This document shows positions 48,026-62,600 of a DNA stretch of 64,000 nucleotides, in pieces (position 1 is the first letter of the stretch; each line of letters opens with the position of its first letter). A program made the translations under genes and the position numbers. Origin of the DNA: Podarcis gaigeae (Eukaryota); NCBI GenBank assembly GCA_964106915.2, contig OZ066914.1, one strand, 5' to 3'. Below the pieces are notes generated by a model. That model made no database searches. It saw only the letters and a program-made list of their open reading frames with translations, and had not been told where the DNA came from.

Positions 48026-50805
48026 TAATATTAGCAGAGACCACAACTAATTCCTCTTCCTGTTCTTTAATTCTTGCAGCTATAACTTGAGCTGAGGATG
48101 CAGTCCTCCTATGCATGCTTACTTGAAAGCAAGTTCTACTGAACGCAGTGAACTGTACTTCTGACTGCTCTGCTTTAAGTCTTGTATCTCCTGGGGAAGC
48201 AGCCTCTTGGACCTGGAAAAGTTGTGTGTGTGTAGAGTGGATTAGGGCTGGGTGGGTTGGGAACAACTTTTATAGGTGGTGTGAGTGGGAAATCGGACGT
48301 CAGGCAGAGGCGAAGCAACCTACTCTGGTACCTGGAACAGTGCTCATCCCAGGGGGCGTGGTGCACATCCCAGGGGGTGCGTGGCGATCTGGGATTGGCC
48401 TTTTGTCATACCCCCCTTTGGAATGGCACCCGGGGTAGACGCCCCCCCCCACTTCCCTCAGAATGCCTCTGATGTCCGGATCTGAGTCTGGGCTGTAACT
48501 AAGTGCTTGTCGTGCTTAGTCAAGGGAGCAATGAGGTCACACACACAAGCCAGAAGAATAACGGTAAGTTGTTACAAATCCCTTTGGTCCTATTCTATCA
48601 CTGAAATGCACTTTTAGATACAGTGTTTCAGTATATCGGCTCATGTCCTGGATATAATGATGACAGTAACTATATTTGAATGAACACAGCACATACTTAA
48701 CTATGCATATATATTCTTCATTCTGCCTAGTTCATAATGATCTCCCCCATAAGAACAACTCTTTCCTTAGTGGAAGAAAATAAGAATTGTTAAGTGAAAT
48801 AGTACCAGATTTTCCCTGGGATCCTAAAGGCTACTTAGGGTAGTGTTCAGGTCTTGAACTTGCCTAGTGAGATACTTGTGTCTCCCCTGACTCTTGAACC
48901 TGCAGATTCACATGATACATAAAACATTGATTTTAAGCCAAGAAATAATGGGTTGCTTAAGGTCACCTAGCAAATTTGGGGTTGGGGTGAGATTTGAATT
49001 GGCAGTGTTGATCTCAGCTCATTCAGGTGCTGTTTAACATCATTTAACCATCACCATGGTTTGTATTGTGCTACAGAATAATAAAGGCATATGGGGGGAG
49101 TGTTCTTTTTTGAATAGTATATAAAGAGTTTGTTGAGTGTTTTAATCTGCATTTGTATTATGTGAACAACTCATGGCAATTATTTCAGAATATAAGATGT
49201 GGATTAAAACAGAATTGTGAAAACATTCTGTGATGAACAGGCCTTGGATCATCCTGGCTACCCAGCAACCTTTGAAAGCCGATCAGAGGAGAGAGAGAGG
49301 AAGGAGTTTTTAAGTGGGGAAGCTTACAATTTAACAGTCAAGAGGGACTTTCTTTCAGTGTGGGCAGATTGGGTCTCTTACTGTCTGAGTGGTTTCAGAT
49401 AGGGACTATTTATCAGTGAGGATCTATAGGGACTAACTGTCAGGAGGGAGAATTGGGGTTTGGACTGTGTGAGTGGGGTTAGCTAGGCCAGGTAAGGGCA
49501 ACCTGGTTTGATTCTAAACTTCTCCTGGGTTAATAACAGGAGATTTTTTTATCTATTAAGCACACTCATAAAATTGGTCATGCTACCCAATACCTGTTTT
49601 AAGTTTTAAGTGCAGCTCTCTGTCACATTTTCCCTCAAAGCAGAGGTGGGAAATGTATGACCATCTAGGTGCTGATCCCATCAACCTCAGCCAACATGGC
49701 CAATGGTCTAACTCCCATGAACCTCAGCCAACATGGCCAATGGTCAGGGATGATGGGAGTTGTGTCCTAGCAACACCCTGGAGGGCTGCAGGTTAGCTAC
49801 CCCTTCCTTAAACAAATAGCAACCTAGGAAACAGCTTTATACCAAATCAAACCATTGGCCCATCTAGCTCAGTATGGTCTACGTTGACTGGGAACAGCTC
49901 TCGAATGTATCAAGCAGAAGTTGTTTCCAGACTTACCTGGAGATGTCAGGGACTAAACCTAGTAGTAGAGCATGTGCTCTGCCACTGAGCTATAGCCCTC
50001 CATAGATATGGGAAAAATATTACTACTTCTTTTTCCTTGTTAGGATGAATTAACATTTTAAAAACAAGGTAAAATGAATCAAGACCAAGTATCTGTAAAA
50101 TATGGAGCATTGTGTCAATCTGCCTATATGTCTCTGATTTTTCTTGCCTAGTTTTATGTAGGAATGAATAAATCCAATAATACCAATAGCCAGCATCTGA
50201 TATTTAATCCAGTTTAATTCAGAACAAAAATGTGATAATCTCTATCCTTCCCAGATTTCATAATTTGTATTTATTTCCCTATTGTTGTGCTTTGCTTCAT
50301 TTTAACCAATGTCTAATCCTCTTTTTGTTACATCTCTCCTACTCTGCCCGCCATTCCATGAATAACATACCTTGTGGATGGCCTCAAATTCTTACAGCAT
50401 ATTTACTCATAGGTAGGGTAGCTAGGTGCAAAAGAGAACTGTGTTTCTGCACCTGTGGTAGTTGTGTAGGAGACCTGTGCAAAATTCCCTCTTCTACACA
50501 ACTAGTGAAGTTGGTGGAGCCCTGTCCTCATTAGCACTTGGCCACCCTGCTAAGAAATGCATCCCATTGTAGTACATGGGGATCACTCCCAGTTAAGTGA
50601 GTTTAGGAGTGCACTGCTAATGTCCCTCCTACTAAAGCAAATCAGCACTGTGTGTGGTTTTGTGGTGAAGCCATTCCCACTGCAGAGCAGCCCAGCTATT
50701 AAGCAAAACAAGAGCACAGTGGCTTGATCACAGCATCCTCCTATAATTTGTGTTTCTCTGGATCAGGACCAGTAACTAAAAGTGAAGTGATTTGTCATAC
50801 ATATA

Positions 50806-50843
<38 letters not shown>
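50806..50843. repeat. (AAT)n microsatellite
   Basis: Read directly from the sequence. Confidence 0.95.
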
Positions 50844-50844
<1 letters not shown>

Positions 50845-53289
50845 CTCTGAAGTGAAAGCTAAGATATGTGATAAAGTTCCTACTTAGGTCAAAGTTACAA
50901 ATAATAGGTTATGCCATATCAAGCTAGGGTTTCTTAGTTATTATTTTATGCAGTTGTAAAAAGGCATATTTATGTCAGCTGTGTCAATTAACCTGATTTA
51001 CTCTCTGAATACGGTAACAGGAATGACTAATGGAACAGGAAATGCCATCTGTCTTAACTTGCATATATTGTCTTGCCTTCTGAGAGTCCTGTTAGCTCCC
51101 CTTTCATTTGTGTACACATGATTTAGCATATACAAAGGCACCACTGCACTGATTTCTGAGAAGGAAGGGATTTTTTATTGGGTCAACTTGGGTTGAGAAA
51201 CTATGCACTTTTTGAACTAATGGAACACTTCATCTCTGTGTACACTCCATACCTTTCCCCCAAAGTATCTGGGGAACTGTAGTTTACCCCTCACAGAGAT
51301 ACAGGAACTGCTGAGTTGTTAAACTACAGGAAGGGTGAAATTAGTATTCTGTGGGTCAAGCAGTGACAACATAAACAATGCCCATTTTCCTTCGCATTGC
51401 CTTCCACTTCCTTTTGGATGCCTAGTGGACGTTTTGGGGGAAAGTTCATTCTGGTTCTTCTCAATCATTGCTTTTTAATCAGTGTGACCATAAGTGGCAA
51501 CCATTCTCTGGAATTAGAGGAGTGACATCAATGTGATTTCAGCATGATCCTTATGTGAATCATGCACACAAAAAATTTCTATAACATAGAAAGCGGAATT
51601 GCTAGAAGCAAACTAATGTCACAACCAGACTGTGTGTTACACACATAGATGGGGAGTAGATTTGATAATACAGTATATATAGATCTGCAGCTGAAATTAG
51701 GTCTCCTTACTTTTTTTTTTGCCAACATTGGACCAAGTGGATTTTGGCTGACCAATTAAGGCAGCAAGCACAAATTATTCGTACTTTTTTTTTGTAAAAG
51801 TGCATCCTCTTTCTTTGCTTGGTATAATAATGGGTAATGATAGAGTTAAACATTGTTTCCATTTATTATGGGTTGGAGTTTAGATTGCACCCTTTAGTTT
51901 GTGGTAGTTTGCTAACATGTTTCTCAGTGAGCAATCTTTTGTTCTGGGCCTACGAAATGAGTAACCCTGTTAGTAAGAACTTAGCAGGTTGCCTTTGTGT
52001 TAGCAATTTGGCTACGGAAAAATTCAGGAAAATTAATTCCAAATATTTGCATTCTCTCTTTTGCCTCAGTTGCTCATATTGCAAACACCCACTGGAATGT
52101 TAAACTTCAGTAAAGGTCTTTGCTTCAAAGGAGGCTCTCAGACCTTGGGAGGAATGTTTGAATTTTTCACTACTCTGCTACCTACTGAGAATATGAAGTG
52201 TCATTTAATTCAGTACAGTTTACTACAAAGTAAGCATTCATAGACTTGGGCTGCAAGATGCTTTTCATGCAGCAATATATTTTAAAATGATAGTTGCTGT
52301 GGAAGGTCACAAGCCTAGATAAACAAGGCCAAAATGGAATGAGGAGTGAGGATTTTATAGGCAAGAGCTGTTTCTAACCAGTTTTTTACAGCAGGAAGTT
52401 TCACCATTGTTACTTTCTCTGTTTCACATTGTTGTTTCTGTGGGAGAACAAATAGTTTCTTAAGAAGGAATAGAAAGTTCTGATCGGCACAATTCTTTGC
52501 TTTCAATTGTTTCAAAGTGAACTGAAATGATAGTAATAATAGCCCCTATGTCACATGTTTTTTCCATATTCATGCAATAAACTTGGATAACAATGTAGAT
52601 TCTGCAATTGTCCTTCAAGGGCTGTTCTGGTGAAACATCACAAATGGGTTCTGGAGCAGTTGCTATTGTGTCATCTCTTCCTAGTGTGGGACTGCAGCTT
52701 GCTGCTGGATTTTCATTTCTTTCCCTCTTTGCTAAATTGTACAAGAGTTGTGGATGCCTGGGGAAAATGCAGGGTTATGGTATTTCCTGTGCTCCTTTTT
52801 CTAGGAGTATTATCAAAACTTTCTCCATTAGTGCTGAGAGGGGCAATGCATAGTGTGTGCTGGATTAACCATGAATCGCTGATTCCTCCTTTAGCCAAGG
52901 CCATGTTGGCAAGAGTGAAGCCTGTGTGCAGATCATATGGTGAACGACATGTGATTTGTTTGCTGCATATACACGGCTCCCAGTTGCATACAGAGACAGC
53001 TAAATCCTTGTATGCCGGACATAATTTACATGTGTTACTTGGAAGCCCCTTCCATGTGGGAAATGTGGAACCTGTGGCCCTGAGTTTGCTGAATAAATCC
53101 AAAAAAGTGCAAAGTTGATCTTATAGCTGCAGATCACCCTTACAAAGAGAGAGTCTTTGTCCACTCCTGTTCCATAGAGTCAATGTGGTGTCATCCAGAT
53201 GCTGTCAGATTATGACTCCCATAATTCCTTACTTTCCATCAGCTTGAGGCTGATGGAAGTTGGAGCCCAACAAGCTCTGGAAGGTGCTG

Positions 53290-53458
53290 CAGTGGCGTAG
53301 CGTGGGTTGTCAGCACCCAGAGCAAGGCAAGTAATTTGCACCCCCTAACCCCTGGATTAGCGCCCCCTAACCCGTGGATTTGCGCCCCCTAACCCTAACC
53401 CCCAGATGTTGCGCCCGGTGCAGCCGGCCCCCCCTGCACCCCCTACGCTACGCCACTG
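53290..53458. mobile_element. hAT MITE with 8-bp target-site duplication
   Basis: Perfect 14-bp TIR CAGTGGCGTAGCGT/ACGCTACGCCACTG; TSD AGGTGCTG at 53282-53289 and 53459-53466. Confidence 0.92.
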
Positions 53459-54833
53459 AGGTGCTGTGCTGGCTACCCTTAATACTAAGATCCTAGGAAT
53501 ATCAGGCAAGCAAGTATGTTTTACCATTGCTTCTCAAAGTTAAAGGTTAGCATCACACACCATTTTTCAGGTGTTCTAAAACCAATTTGATAGCTGTAGG
53601 GTAAATTGCCAATTGGAAATCAAGGGCTGCTACTTCTGTTATTATTAATTGGAAATTGAGTGTTAAATCCTACTTTGCAGAAGAGATGAAGTAATGAATC
53701 CAGTAATTATTGGCCAGTAAGTTTCCACAATGCTAACTGACTTCCAGAATTAGAAGGAGTTAGGTAGCAAGAAATGACTGAGTGGAGAATAGGAATGTGA
53801 AAATAAGACAGTCTCCAAAATTAAATGATAAGAGGTTTTAAGAAATCTAATAGTAGGCTGTATCCAACACAGCAAGTCCAGAAGCAGCATAGAGGAGATC
53901 AGTGCTATATTTGTAATGGGGAGGGGAAAGAAAAATGACATCATATCCAAAAGAGATCCCCAGAGAGTCTTGTTTTAAAGATGACTTCCTTATGTACTGA
54001 ACTAAGCTCATTGCATCTCTGCACGTTTTACTGAGTCTGGCAGGGGCTAAAAATCAGATTAATGGAACAGCGCAAAAGAAAACACAGATTAATGTTTATA
54101 CCAGAAATCATATTTCTGAAGTTAATAATTGTATCAGAATTAATGAGAGTAATGCTAAAATAGATACAGTATCGGCTAAGTGGTTGGAGGAGCTGTCAGA
54201 GAGGAAAAGGGGGATCATGGCATTATATATGTCTTGAATGCAGACAGAGGGTAGGCATAACCTGCTACAGATGTGTGCCTGTTCAAGTAATAGTATCTGT
54301 AGTAGGTATGTGTCTACCACGCTGCAACATTTTGTGGCAGACCTCACATATAGCTATCTAAATGTGATTTTTCAGCCTTCCGTTGGTATGTCCAAAATGC
54401 AGTGCAATGCCAGGTTTCTATTTTCAGACATTCACAAAATTCGCCTGAGCTTACCAGCATTTACACACAAATATACCACTTTAAAGCCACCCCTCCAAGC
54501 AAAGTATCCTAGGAACAGTAGCTAAGGATGCTAGGGATTGTAGTCTTTTGAGAGGGCAACTATTGTTCCTAGGATTCTTGGGGGGGGGGGACTCCATGTG
54601 CTTCAAATGTGCTTCAGGTGTATGGTGTGTACACAGCTTTAGGTGGCTAGGGTAGGGGAGAGAGAATACATTTGTTTTGATACTCATTGCTGGACAGACT
54701 GATGTATTCGGTGTTTGAAATTCCGCAGACGCCAGGCACATTTTGCAACTGGTGCAGGTCCATTTGTGACCATGTGGATGCTAAGCTGGTGACTTACATC
54801 TCTAGCTGTTTGGCCCCTCCAGCTTTCTTAAGC

Positions 54834-55190
54834 AGGTAAAGGTAAAGGGACCCCTGACCATTAGGTCCAGTCATGACTGACTCTGGGGTTGCGGCGCTCA
54901 TCTCGCTTTATTGGCTGAGGGAGCTGGTGTACAGCTTCTGGGTCATGTGGCCAGCATGATTAAGCTGGTTCTGGCACACCAGAGCAGCGCACGGAAATGC
55001 TGTTTACCTTCCTGCTGGAGCGGTACCTATTTATCTACTTGCACTTTGACGTGCTTTCAAACTGCTAAGTGGGCAGGAGCAGGGACCGAGCGACGGGAGC
55101 TCACCACATCGCGGGGATTCGAAACACCGACCTTCTCCATCGGCAAGTCCTAGGCTCTGTGGTTTAACCCACAGCACCACCTGCGGTTCC
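54834..55190 (-). mobile_element. Sauria SINE
   Basis: Reverse complement of the same consensus (aggtaaaggtaaagggacccc...ggtttaacccacagcaccac). Confidence 0.9.
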
Positions 55191-55398
55191 TATTTATTGC
55201 ATTTCTATCCCATCTTTTTCTCCAAGGAGTACATGGTTCACCACCCTCCTCAATTAATCCATAAAACAAACCTGTGAGTTGGTTAAGGGGCTGTGACTGG
55301 CCCAAGGTCACCCAGTGAGCTTCATGACTGAGCGAGGATTTGAACCCTGAACTCCCAGGTCTTAGACTGACATTCTAACCACTACACCAGACTGGCTT
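55191..55398 (-). mobile_element. tRNA-derived MIR/CORE-like SINE
   Basis: cccaaggtcacccag...ggatttgaacc (B box, reverse)...aaccactacacc. Confidence 0.7.
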
Positions 55399-57196
55399 CC
55401 TAGAGTACTTCTGCTAAGGGTCAGCTATATATATTAAGTAGGTAAATAAATATGGGGAAAACAAAATGATACTCAGAGAAGGATCTGAAATATTTTCCTT
55501 GAAGCTTGAATTTGTTTTATTCTGGATTGGCTGGTTTGTTTTAATGTGTTGCAAATATAATGTGTTTAAAATATAAAGCGGTATAGAAATGAAATTAACA
55601 ACAAATCTTACTGAGGGGTGGGAATAGCACATAGACATTCTGTTGTGGTGACCATAACCTAGGTTTAAGGTGCCATTTGGTGATAAGTTATATATATATA
55701 TGTTTCTAATGATGGATGTGTGTGTGTTTCAGGATTTCTTTCTCTGTGTGAGTAGTAGAGGTGGTTGGTGGGTTCATTTTAAATCATGCCAGATTTATAA
55801 GCATTTTCTGCTATTCTTTGGCAAATTCCCTGCATCTGGCATGCAGCACTGTCTAGCCTGATACTCACTTTCCAGCTAATGCTCTGCATTCTTCTACCAG
55901 TATGGAAACATTCTATATACAGAGCCATGTTTGGCTGAACTTGTAAATAAGTTGGGATGTAGGTGGCGGAACTATGGAGAGATGTGTGAGGATATACTTT
56001 TATAGCAATTCAAATGTATGGATGTGGGGGGCGGGGAGATGCCTGCACATGGTAAGTTAAGAATGTGATGGCTTTGCAATATCACCACATTCAACTGCCA
56101 CTGGCTTCTTGAATCAGACTTAGTAGATACGCCTGCTCAGGCTGAGATAATGAAGGCTGCTATGTGCATTTCTTCCTTTCTATAAAGAGGTGTGCCATGG
56201 CTCAAGTGTGCCTGAGAGATGTACCATCTACATCACAGTCTTTATTCCTTACCCCTAAATATGTAGAAACTGGTGATGGTTGTTTAGGAAAAAAAGGTGC
56301 TCTGCACATGCTCAGAGGCACTTTCCTGTGTGATTACCTCACCTATTCCTGGGCTCTTCACTTTATAGTGAGAATGGATTCTGTGGCTGAGCCTTGCCTG
56401 TTTGTATACAAATGAGAAAGAGTCAAACCAGTGGCCCACCTTACATTCTTCAGCCAGCAGGTCTTATATGTGAAATGTGATAGGAAATGTGGGCCTCTTC
56501 CTCTCGAACATTTCAGTTTCTTCTGCAGGATGGCTGTCACACCTTTTCAAAAACAAAAACAAAAGCACCACCTCTGCACATTTAAAAACTTTCTGTCAAG
56601 GAAAATTTATTTCCAGAATACTTAATATCCTGTTAAAGTGTTCTTAGGTTTATTCAAGTTACCTGCTTGAGCCTCAAGTGTCATCTTGTAGATTTTGTTA
56701 TGAAGGATTGATCCAAAGTAAATCAAAATAATCCCTTGGAAGTTTCAGCTGGGCCTTGAAGACCCACATCTTTTAGTAGCTGATGTAAACTGGGCCTCAG
56801 AAATGGTGGTGTGATTTATTTACAATTGGTTTAGGGCTGGTTGTTGTTTTTGTGCTAGTTTTTTTTAGAAAGCATTACAAACTGTGGTTGTTTTAAACAT
56901 ATATTGTAGTATTGGTTGACACTGTAATAGTTGATAGTGTTTGTTAACTGTTATCACTTTGTGAATAATTTTTGTTTAGAAAGTGGTTTATAAAAGTTTC
57001 AAATAAATAAGACATACATAAATAGGAGTCTTATAAGAACTTTTAAAGGTCACATGCAGTGTATGTTTAATGTTGCTGTGAAGCTCTTTCACAACATCTG
57101 AAAAAAGTAATCTATGAGTAGATGATTCATTCCAAGCTGAGAACCACAGTGAAAATGTATCACCAGCCAGAGGCCATTAATAAGAATAGCCCTAGT

Positions 57197-57623
57197 GCAG
57201 ATGTTTTCAACCTTTTTGAGTCCATGGTTCCCTAGACCAACTACATTCTTTCTGTGGCACTCCTGTGGGGCTTAGGAGTCCAGTAATGTTATCCCTTGCC
57301 TGCAGCGCTGGCAGCCTCTCACCTTTATTCGAACACCCTCCCTTGTGAAGTGTACTCACAGCCTCCTCTCCTCTCCCCTTGGGAGTCCTTTGAGTAGTTG
57401 CTGCTGCTGCTGTCACTGGTCTCTGAGCTGCCTCAACCCAAAGAGAAGTGAAGCTTATAGCCAGGGCTGTTGCACTAAACATCTGTGCAACCCTTTGGGA
57501 GGCAGAGATGCAAGAAGGCATCAGAGAAAGAAAGAGGGACAGAGGCCAGTGTTGCCTGCAGCACCCCTGACCATCATTCAAGGCACCCCAGAGTGCCATG
57601 GCACACTGGTTGAAAACCACTGC
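57197..57623. mobile_element. hAT-like non-autonomous DNA transposon
   Basis: Imperfect TIR gcagatgttttcaacc / ggttgaaaaccactgc. Confidence 0.55.
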
Positions 57624-57934
57624 CCTGGTGGATTAGGCCAAAGGCCCATCTGGTCCTGTATCCTGTTCTCACAATGGCCAACCAGATGCCTATGGGAAAC
57701 CTGCAACTGGTATTCAGAGGCATAGTGCCTCTGACACTGGAGCCATCATGACTTAGCCTCTATGAATTTATCTAAACTGCCTTTAAAACCACCTTGTGCA
57801 TTTCTCCATCATTCTCCTGATTTTTGGAGGAAGTGGGCTTGTTGTGCAAGTGCTCCAAATGAACTTTAATTGTGCAACCTGAATTTAACTGAAAATAGTG
57901 ACAGTCTGGAAGTGTCCAAAGTTCCATTGAAATA

Positions 57935-58186
57935 CAGTCATATCTCCTGTTATATTTGGTTCAGGTTGAGTGTTTTCAGGTTGCGTCCCATGGCGACCTA
58001 GAAGTACTGGAACGGGTTACTTCCAGGTTTTGCTGCTCGCGCATGCGCAGACGTGCAAAATGATGTTACGTGCATGTGCAGAAGCAACGAATCGTGACCC
58101 ATGCGTGTGCAGACATGGGTTGTGTTCTTTTCAGGTTGCGAACGGGCCTTCAGAACGGATCCCGTTCGCAACCAGAGGTACCACTG
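57935..58186. mobile_element. Older Tc1/Mariner MITE, different subfamily
   Basis: Right TIR gaggtaccactg+TA, decayed left TIR TA+cagt; palindromic CpG-rich body. Confidence 0.7.
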
Positions 58187-59431
58187 TAAGTGGCTTACAT
58201 CTGAATAAACATCATAGAACCAGACTGTATGTCTCTATTGTAGTTTCTCCACACTCCCTATTTATTGAAAATCATACTGTAATTGAAATTCTTTCAAAAA
58301 GGAAAACAGAGTTGTGTCAAATAGCTTCAATGGATGTTACAAATTCTTGCAATTTGGTGCCAGCGTTTCAATCACAGTGGTCATATGGTTTGGGCATTTG
58401 ACTTCATCCCTGAAATTTGTGGGTTTCGAGCCTCATTTCACTGAACTCTATATGATTTCACGAACTCTTGGATTCGGAAAGTCAAAAGGAGTGGTTACAT
58501 ATGGTGCTACTCATATTGTTGTCTAATGTAACAGAGGTTATAGAAACTAATACATCTTGGCCACACCAGTCCCAAGAGACAAAATGGTTTGAGACAGACT
58601 ATCAAGGTATGAAATATGGACAATTTTTGAATCCACTTAATGTATGAAAAATAAGACTTGGCAAATGCTCCAGCTTAATAAAATACGTATGGGCATGAAA
58701 CTGGCAGGCAGTTACTATTTACTGCTTCTTCTCCCTCCAATGTGGCCCTGACTGCTCATTCTGTTCCCTGTTCTAGTACTTCGGGAATAATGAAAATGGC
58801 AGGCATGGCTGGAACTTCACTGTGCACCTGACCTCTGTGAAAGCCATTTCAAAAAAGGCAAGTTGTGGCAACCAGTGTCAGCCCTGCTATTCCCATGTTG
58901 GGTGTTGATGCTGGGCCCCATCATTCGCCACTATCTCTGGCAATCCTCCCCCGCCCCCGCTCCACCTCCAATGTAGCCTCCAAAGCCTGGACCTCATGAG
59001 ACCACCATTCTCAGTGTGAGCTTCCCTTCACAACTGAATTGAAATTATGCATGGTGTGAGAAAGTGTGCCATGTTTAAAGTGATTCTGGTGAGGTGAATT
59101 CTTTCAGGCCTTTTTAGATAGACAGGACAGGACTCAGAGTGCTGGATGGCTTAAACATAATGATCTAAGATTCTAAGAATATTGTCTTCTGATACCATGA
59201 GTAATGTGGTGTATAGCTGGGACTGAATCACAACCCTTTCAACCGAGAAGATAAGTTGCTCCAAGTGCCCATCTGCAAGTGCTTCAGTTCCAATGAAGTC
59301 AGGATAGTCATGCTTCTTCAGCACAATTCTTTACATGTCCACTCAGAAATAAGTCCCATTGAGGTCAGTGGGGCATATTACCTGGCAATTGATTATAGGA
59401 CTTGCAGCCTTAAAATGCAAAGTTCCATGTA

Positions 59432-59673
59432 CAGTGGTACTTCGGGTTACATACGCTTCAGATTACATACACTTCAGGTTACAGACTCCACTAACCCAGA
59501 AATAGTACCTCGGGTTAAGAACTTTGCTTCAGGATGAGAACAGAAATTGTGCTCCGGCGGCGTGGCAGCAGCGGGAGGCCCCATTAGCTAAAGTGGTGCT
59601 TCAGGTTAAGAACAGTTTCAGCTTAAGAACGGACCTCCAGAACGAATTAAGTACTTAACCCGAGGTACCACTG
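59432..59673. mobile_element. Tc1/Mariner MITE (same family as 13042-13275)
   Basis: TIRs and TA target-site duplication. Confidence 0.92.
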
Positions 59674-62600
59674 TAATGTTGTTATCTTACAGATAAGGAA
59701 CCACATCTGAGTGGGAAAGTACTCTATTCATGCTTGAGTCCTATAAAGAGAAACCATATCTGTCTGCTGTATCATGTACCCAGGAAGCCTATAGGAAGTG
59801 GAACAATGCAATCGGGAAATCTGAATGCTCCAATATTGGCTCTTGGTCAACTAAGGTCAGATCAATCTAGTCTGCTGACTGCATCTACCACTTCTTGTAA
59901 GTTAGACATGTGGCTTACCAAGAAAGCAGTAGAGTTGGCAGACAGTGTGTTTTATTACATTGGTTTCAGACAGTAACTTTATACTGTTCTTTTGTAATGA
60001 AAACTTACTTTGAGTTACTTTATTTATAAAACCTTTTGCCTCTCTGTCCCACAGACACCGAAGGTGATTTTATCTAATGAAACAAATCATATAGATTTTA
60101 GAACAGTCCAGAGTACAACGCAAATCTTAAGGAGACAAAACAAAAACCAGAAATGGAATGAGAAAGCAGCAGGATCTCTGGAAGAAAAGCTGCAAGATTA
60201 AAACATGGGGGGGGGGGCAATAAGTAAATTATAATGGCAAGCCCCCCTGTCTCAAATGTTTAGGATACGGAGGAAATAAGAGGCAGCGTGTTTGCATCTG
60301 TGCGTGTGTACATAAATCCTTTCCCTCCTCCTGTTATCCTGCTCTATACCTTCCCTGAGTTCAAGCTTTGTGAAGTTATTAGGGAAATGTGGGGTAGCAT
60401 CTAAATGATGATGGGTTTTTGGTAAATGAGATATAGATAATAGCAGCATATATTCTGTGCTGTCTTTATGCCCGCTGCTTTTAATGCAGGAAAATGAAAT
60501 CCAAACCCCAGGACTCATAAATGCACAACATTTTCCCAGGAGGAAAAATGCTGTATACCGCAAAATGTTTCTGAGAGAGAGGGAGAGAAAGTGGGTAATA
60601 AACAGGCCAATAAAAGTAGTCTGGGGAAAATTAGTTGCCATATCTTGCTAGTCTTTCTGCTTTTGCCATTGAGAAACCTGACCTACTGATAGTTTTGTGC
60701 CGTATGCTTAGTAGCAGTTAGTGACGTGAAATAAGAGTGAAGATTTGTTCCACTGTTAATATTTTCCAGGATATACTGCCAGGCTGTGGATAATTATCCT
60801 TCCTTTAAGCACATGAAACTGCAATTCTGAGATAAACACTTCAGATTAATGCTCCATTTATCCAGAAATCTGCTTCTCAAGAGGGCAAAATAGTTAAGAT
60901 CCCATCCTGGATTTCATTTGGAACTTGCCACTGTATCCATGGAACTTGCCACTGTGTCCATGATGCAGTTGCAGTCTGTGGGCTGTGACATTGCTGAGAG
61001 TTTTGCTTTGAAGGAGCACTTTCAATTTAAGCATGTGAATGATTTCTAGTGACACATTTACCACCTTGATGAACTTAAGAGGATGGGATGGTAAAGGAGG
61101 AAAGCAGAAAGGGAAGATGGCTCTTCACTTAACCAGGAACAGAGTTCACTTGAAAAAACAAACCTTGGATAGACTCTTTTTCTGTTCCCTTCCGTCTTTC
61201 TGCTCACTGTATTTTTGAACTGTTGATGTCAAATTAATTGGTAGCTAACCTAGGAAGTTGAATCCTTGCTTAAGTTTTAACACTTGCTGGATCCAGTAAT
61301 GAGAAGGGTCTTGGCATACCCACTCCCAGCTCATAACAATAGAATGGATTTCTGCATGTTATTTTCACTAATATATGCATTGTTGTGCACACTTTACCCT
61401 TGCCTATGTATTTTTTGTACACATGAATCAGCTGGAGAACTGCACTGCAAAATTTGGAGAAGTGCAAATATTGAAGGATGACTGTATTTCAGTTCACATG
61501 TTATTTTGAAAGTGCAAATTCAGTATGCTTGCCTTTAAATGTGAATTGAATCAACTTTATCCCACAATCCCAATCATTGCATGGAACCCTAGTCATGTGA
61601 TTAATATGTGAAGGGTGCTAAAAACATCTGGCTTGCTAAATACGGACGTGATTGCAGGTTGGGTCCTACACACTACAGAGAAGAACATTACTCTGTGTCA
61701 ACCTACGAGTCCCATGTTTTACTAGTCTGGGCATGCTGTGTCTGACTGTGCCAATATTACCCTTGCCACCTTCCTTGCTCTACTCAGTGATGAGTATTTG
61801 GATCAATAGTGGGGAACCCCGTAGGGCCCTCCAGACATGATTGGATTCGAACTCCCATTAGCTCCAACCAACAAGGCCAACAGTTAGTGATGATGGGAGT
61901 TGTAGCCCAGTGACACTGGTAGGGTCATAGGTTTCCTGTCCCTGATTTGGTGGTCATTTCTTTGAGAAAATGTAACTGAAAAAATTGAATTTTGTTTTAA
62001 ACCCAAATTTGTGCTCCAAGGGAGTTTTGACATTCACTTAATAAAGTTAACTGGGTTGCCCTCAGCCCCTTTCAAAGGGGAACGGAATATGTCTGAGTGC
62101 CACACTATCTCAGTTAAATGGTTAGCTTCTATGTCGGAATTGGACGCTCTTCCTGTTCACCCCATCTGTTGCTGATTTAGGTTAATTGAATAAGTTTCAA
62201 GCCCTCTTGCCGAGTCCAAGAGAATTTTCTCCTCCTGGAATTTAACCTCTAGAGAAATCATGAGCCCAGCTCTTTAAAGACTTTAAAATACCATCCTGCT
62301 ACAAGTGATCCTTTCTAAATTTTCTGTGCAACATGGCTCCTTGTTGAAGTTAAATGGACTCTCTTTCCCACCACACTCCATTAATTCATAGTGAATATCC
62401 TAAAGGGGAACCCTCAGAGAATGGTCAGGATATCACACTATTATTATTATTAATAATCACTTTAAAAAAACCTCAAGCAACTTACAAACACTGAAAACAG
62501 GTATAAAAAAAGAGTAGAAGCAACATAAAATGCAGTGATATGCATAAAAGAGCTAATCTAGCTCAACCTTCATAAAAATATGAAGAGTTAGGCTCCAAAG

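Noticed and set aside
52460-53118. Overlapping 94-162 aa ORFs as possible DENND2B exons
   Set aside because: No resemblance to DENND2B and no convincing splice sites.
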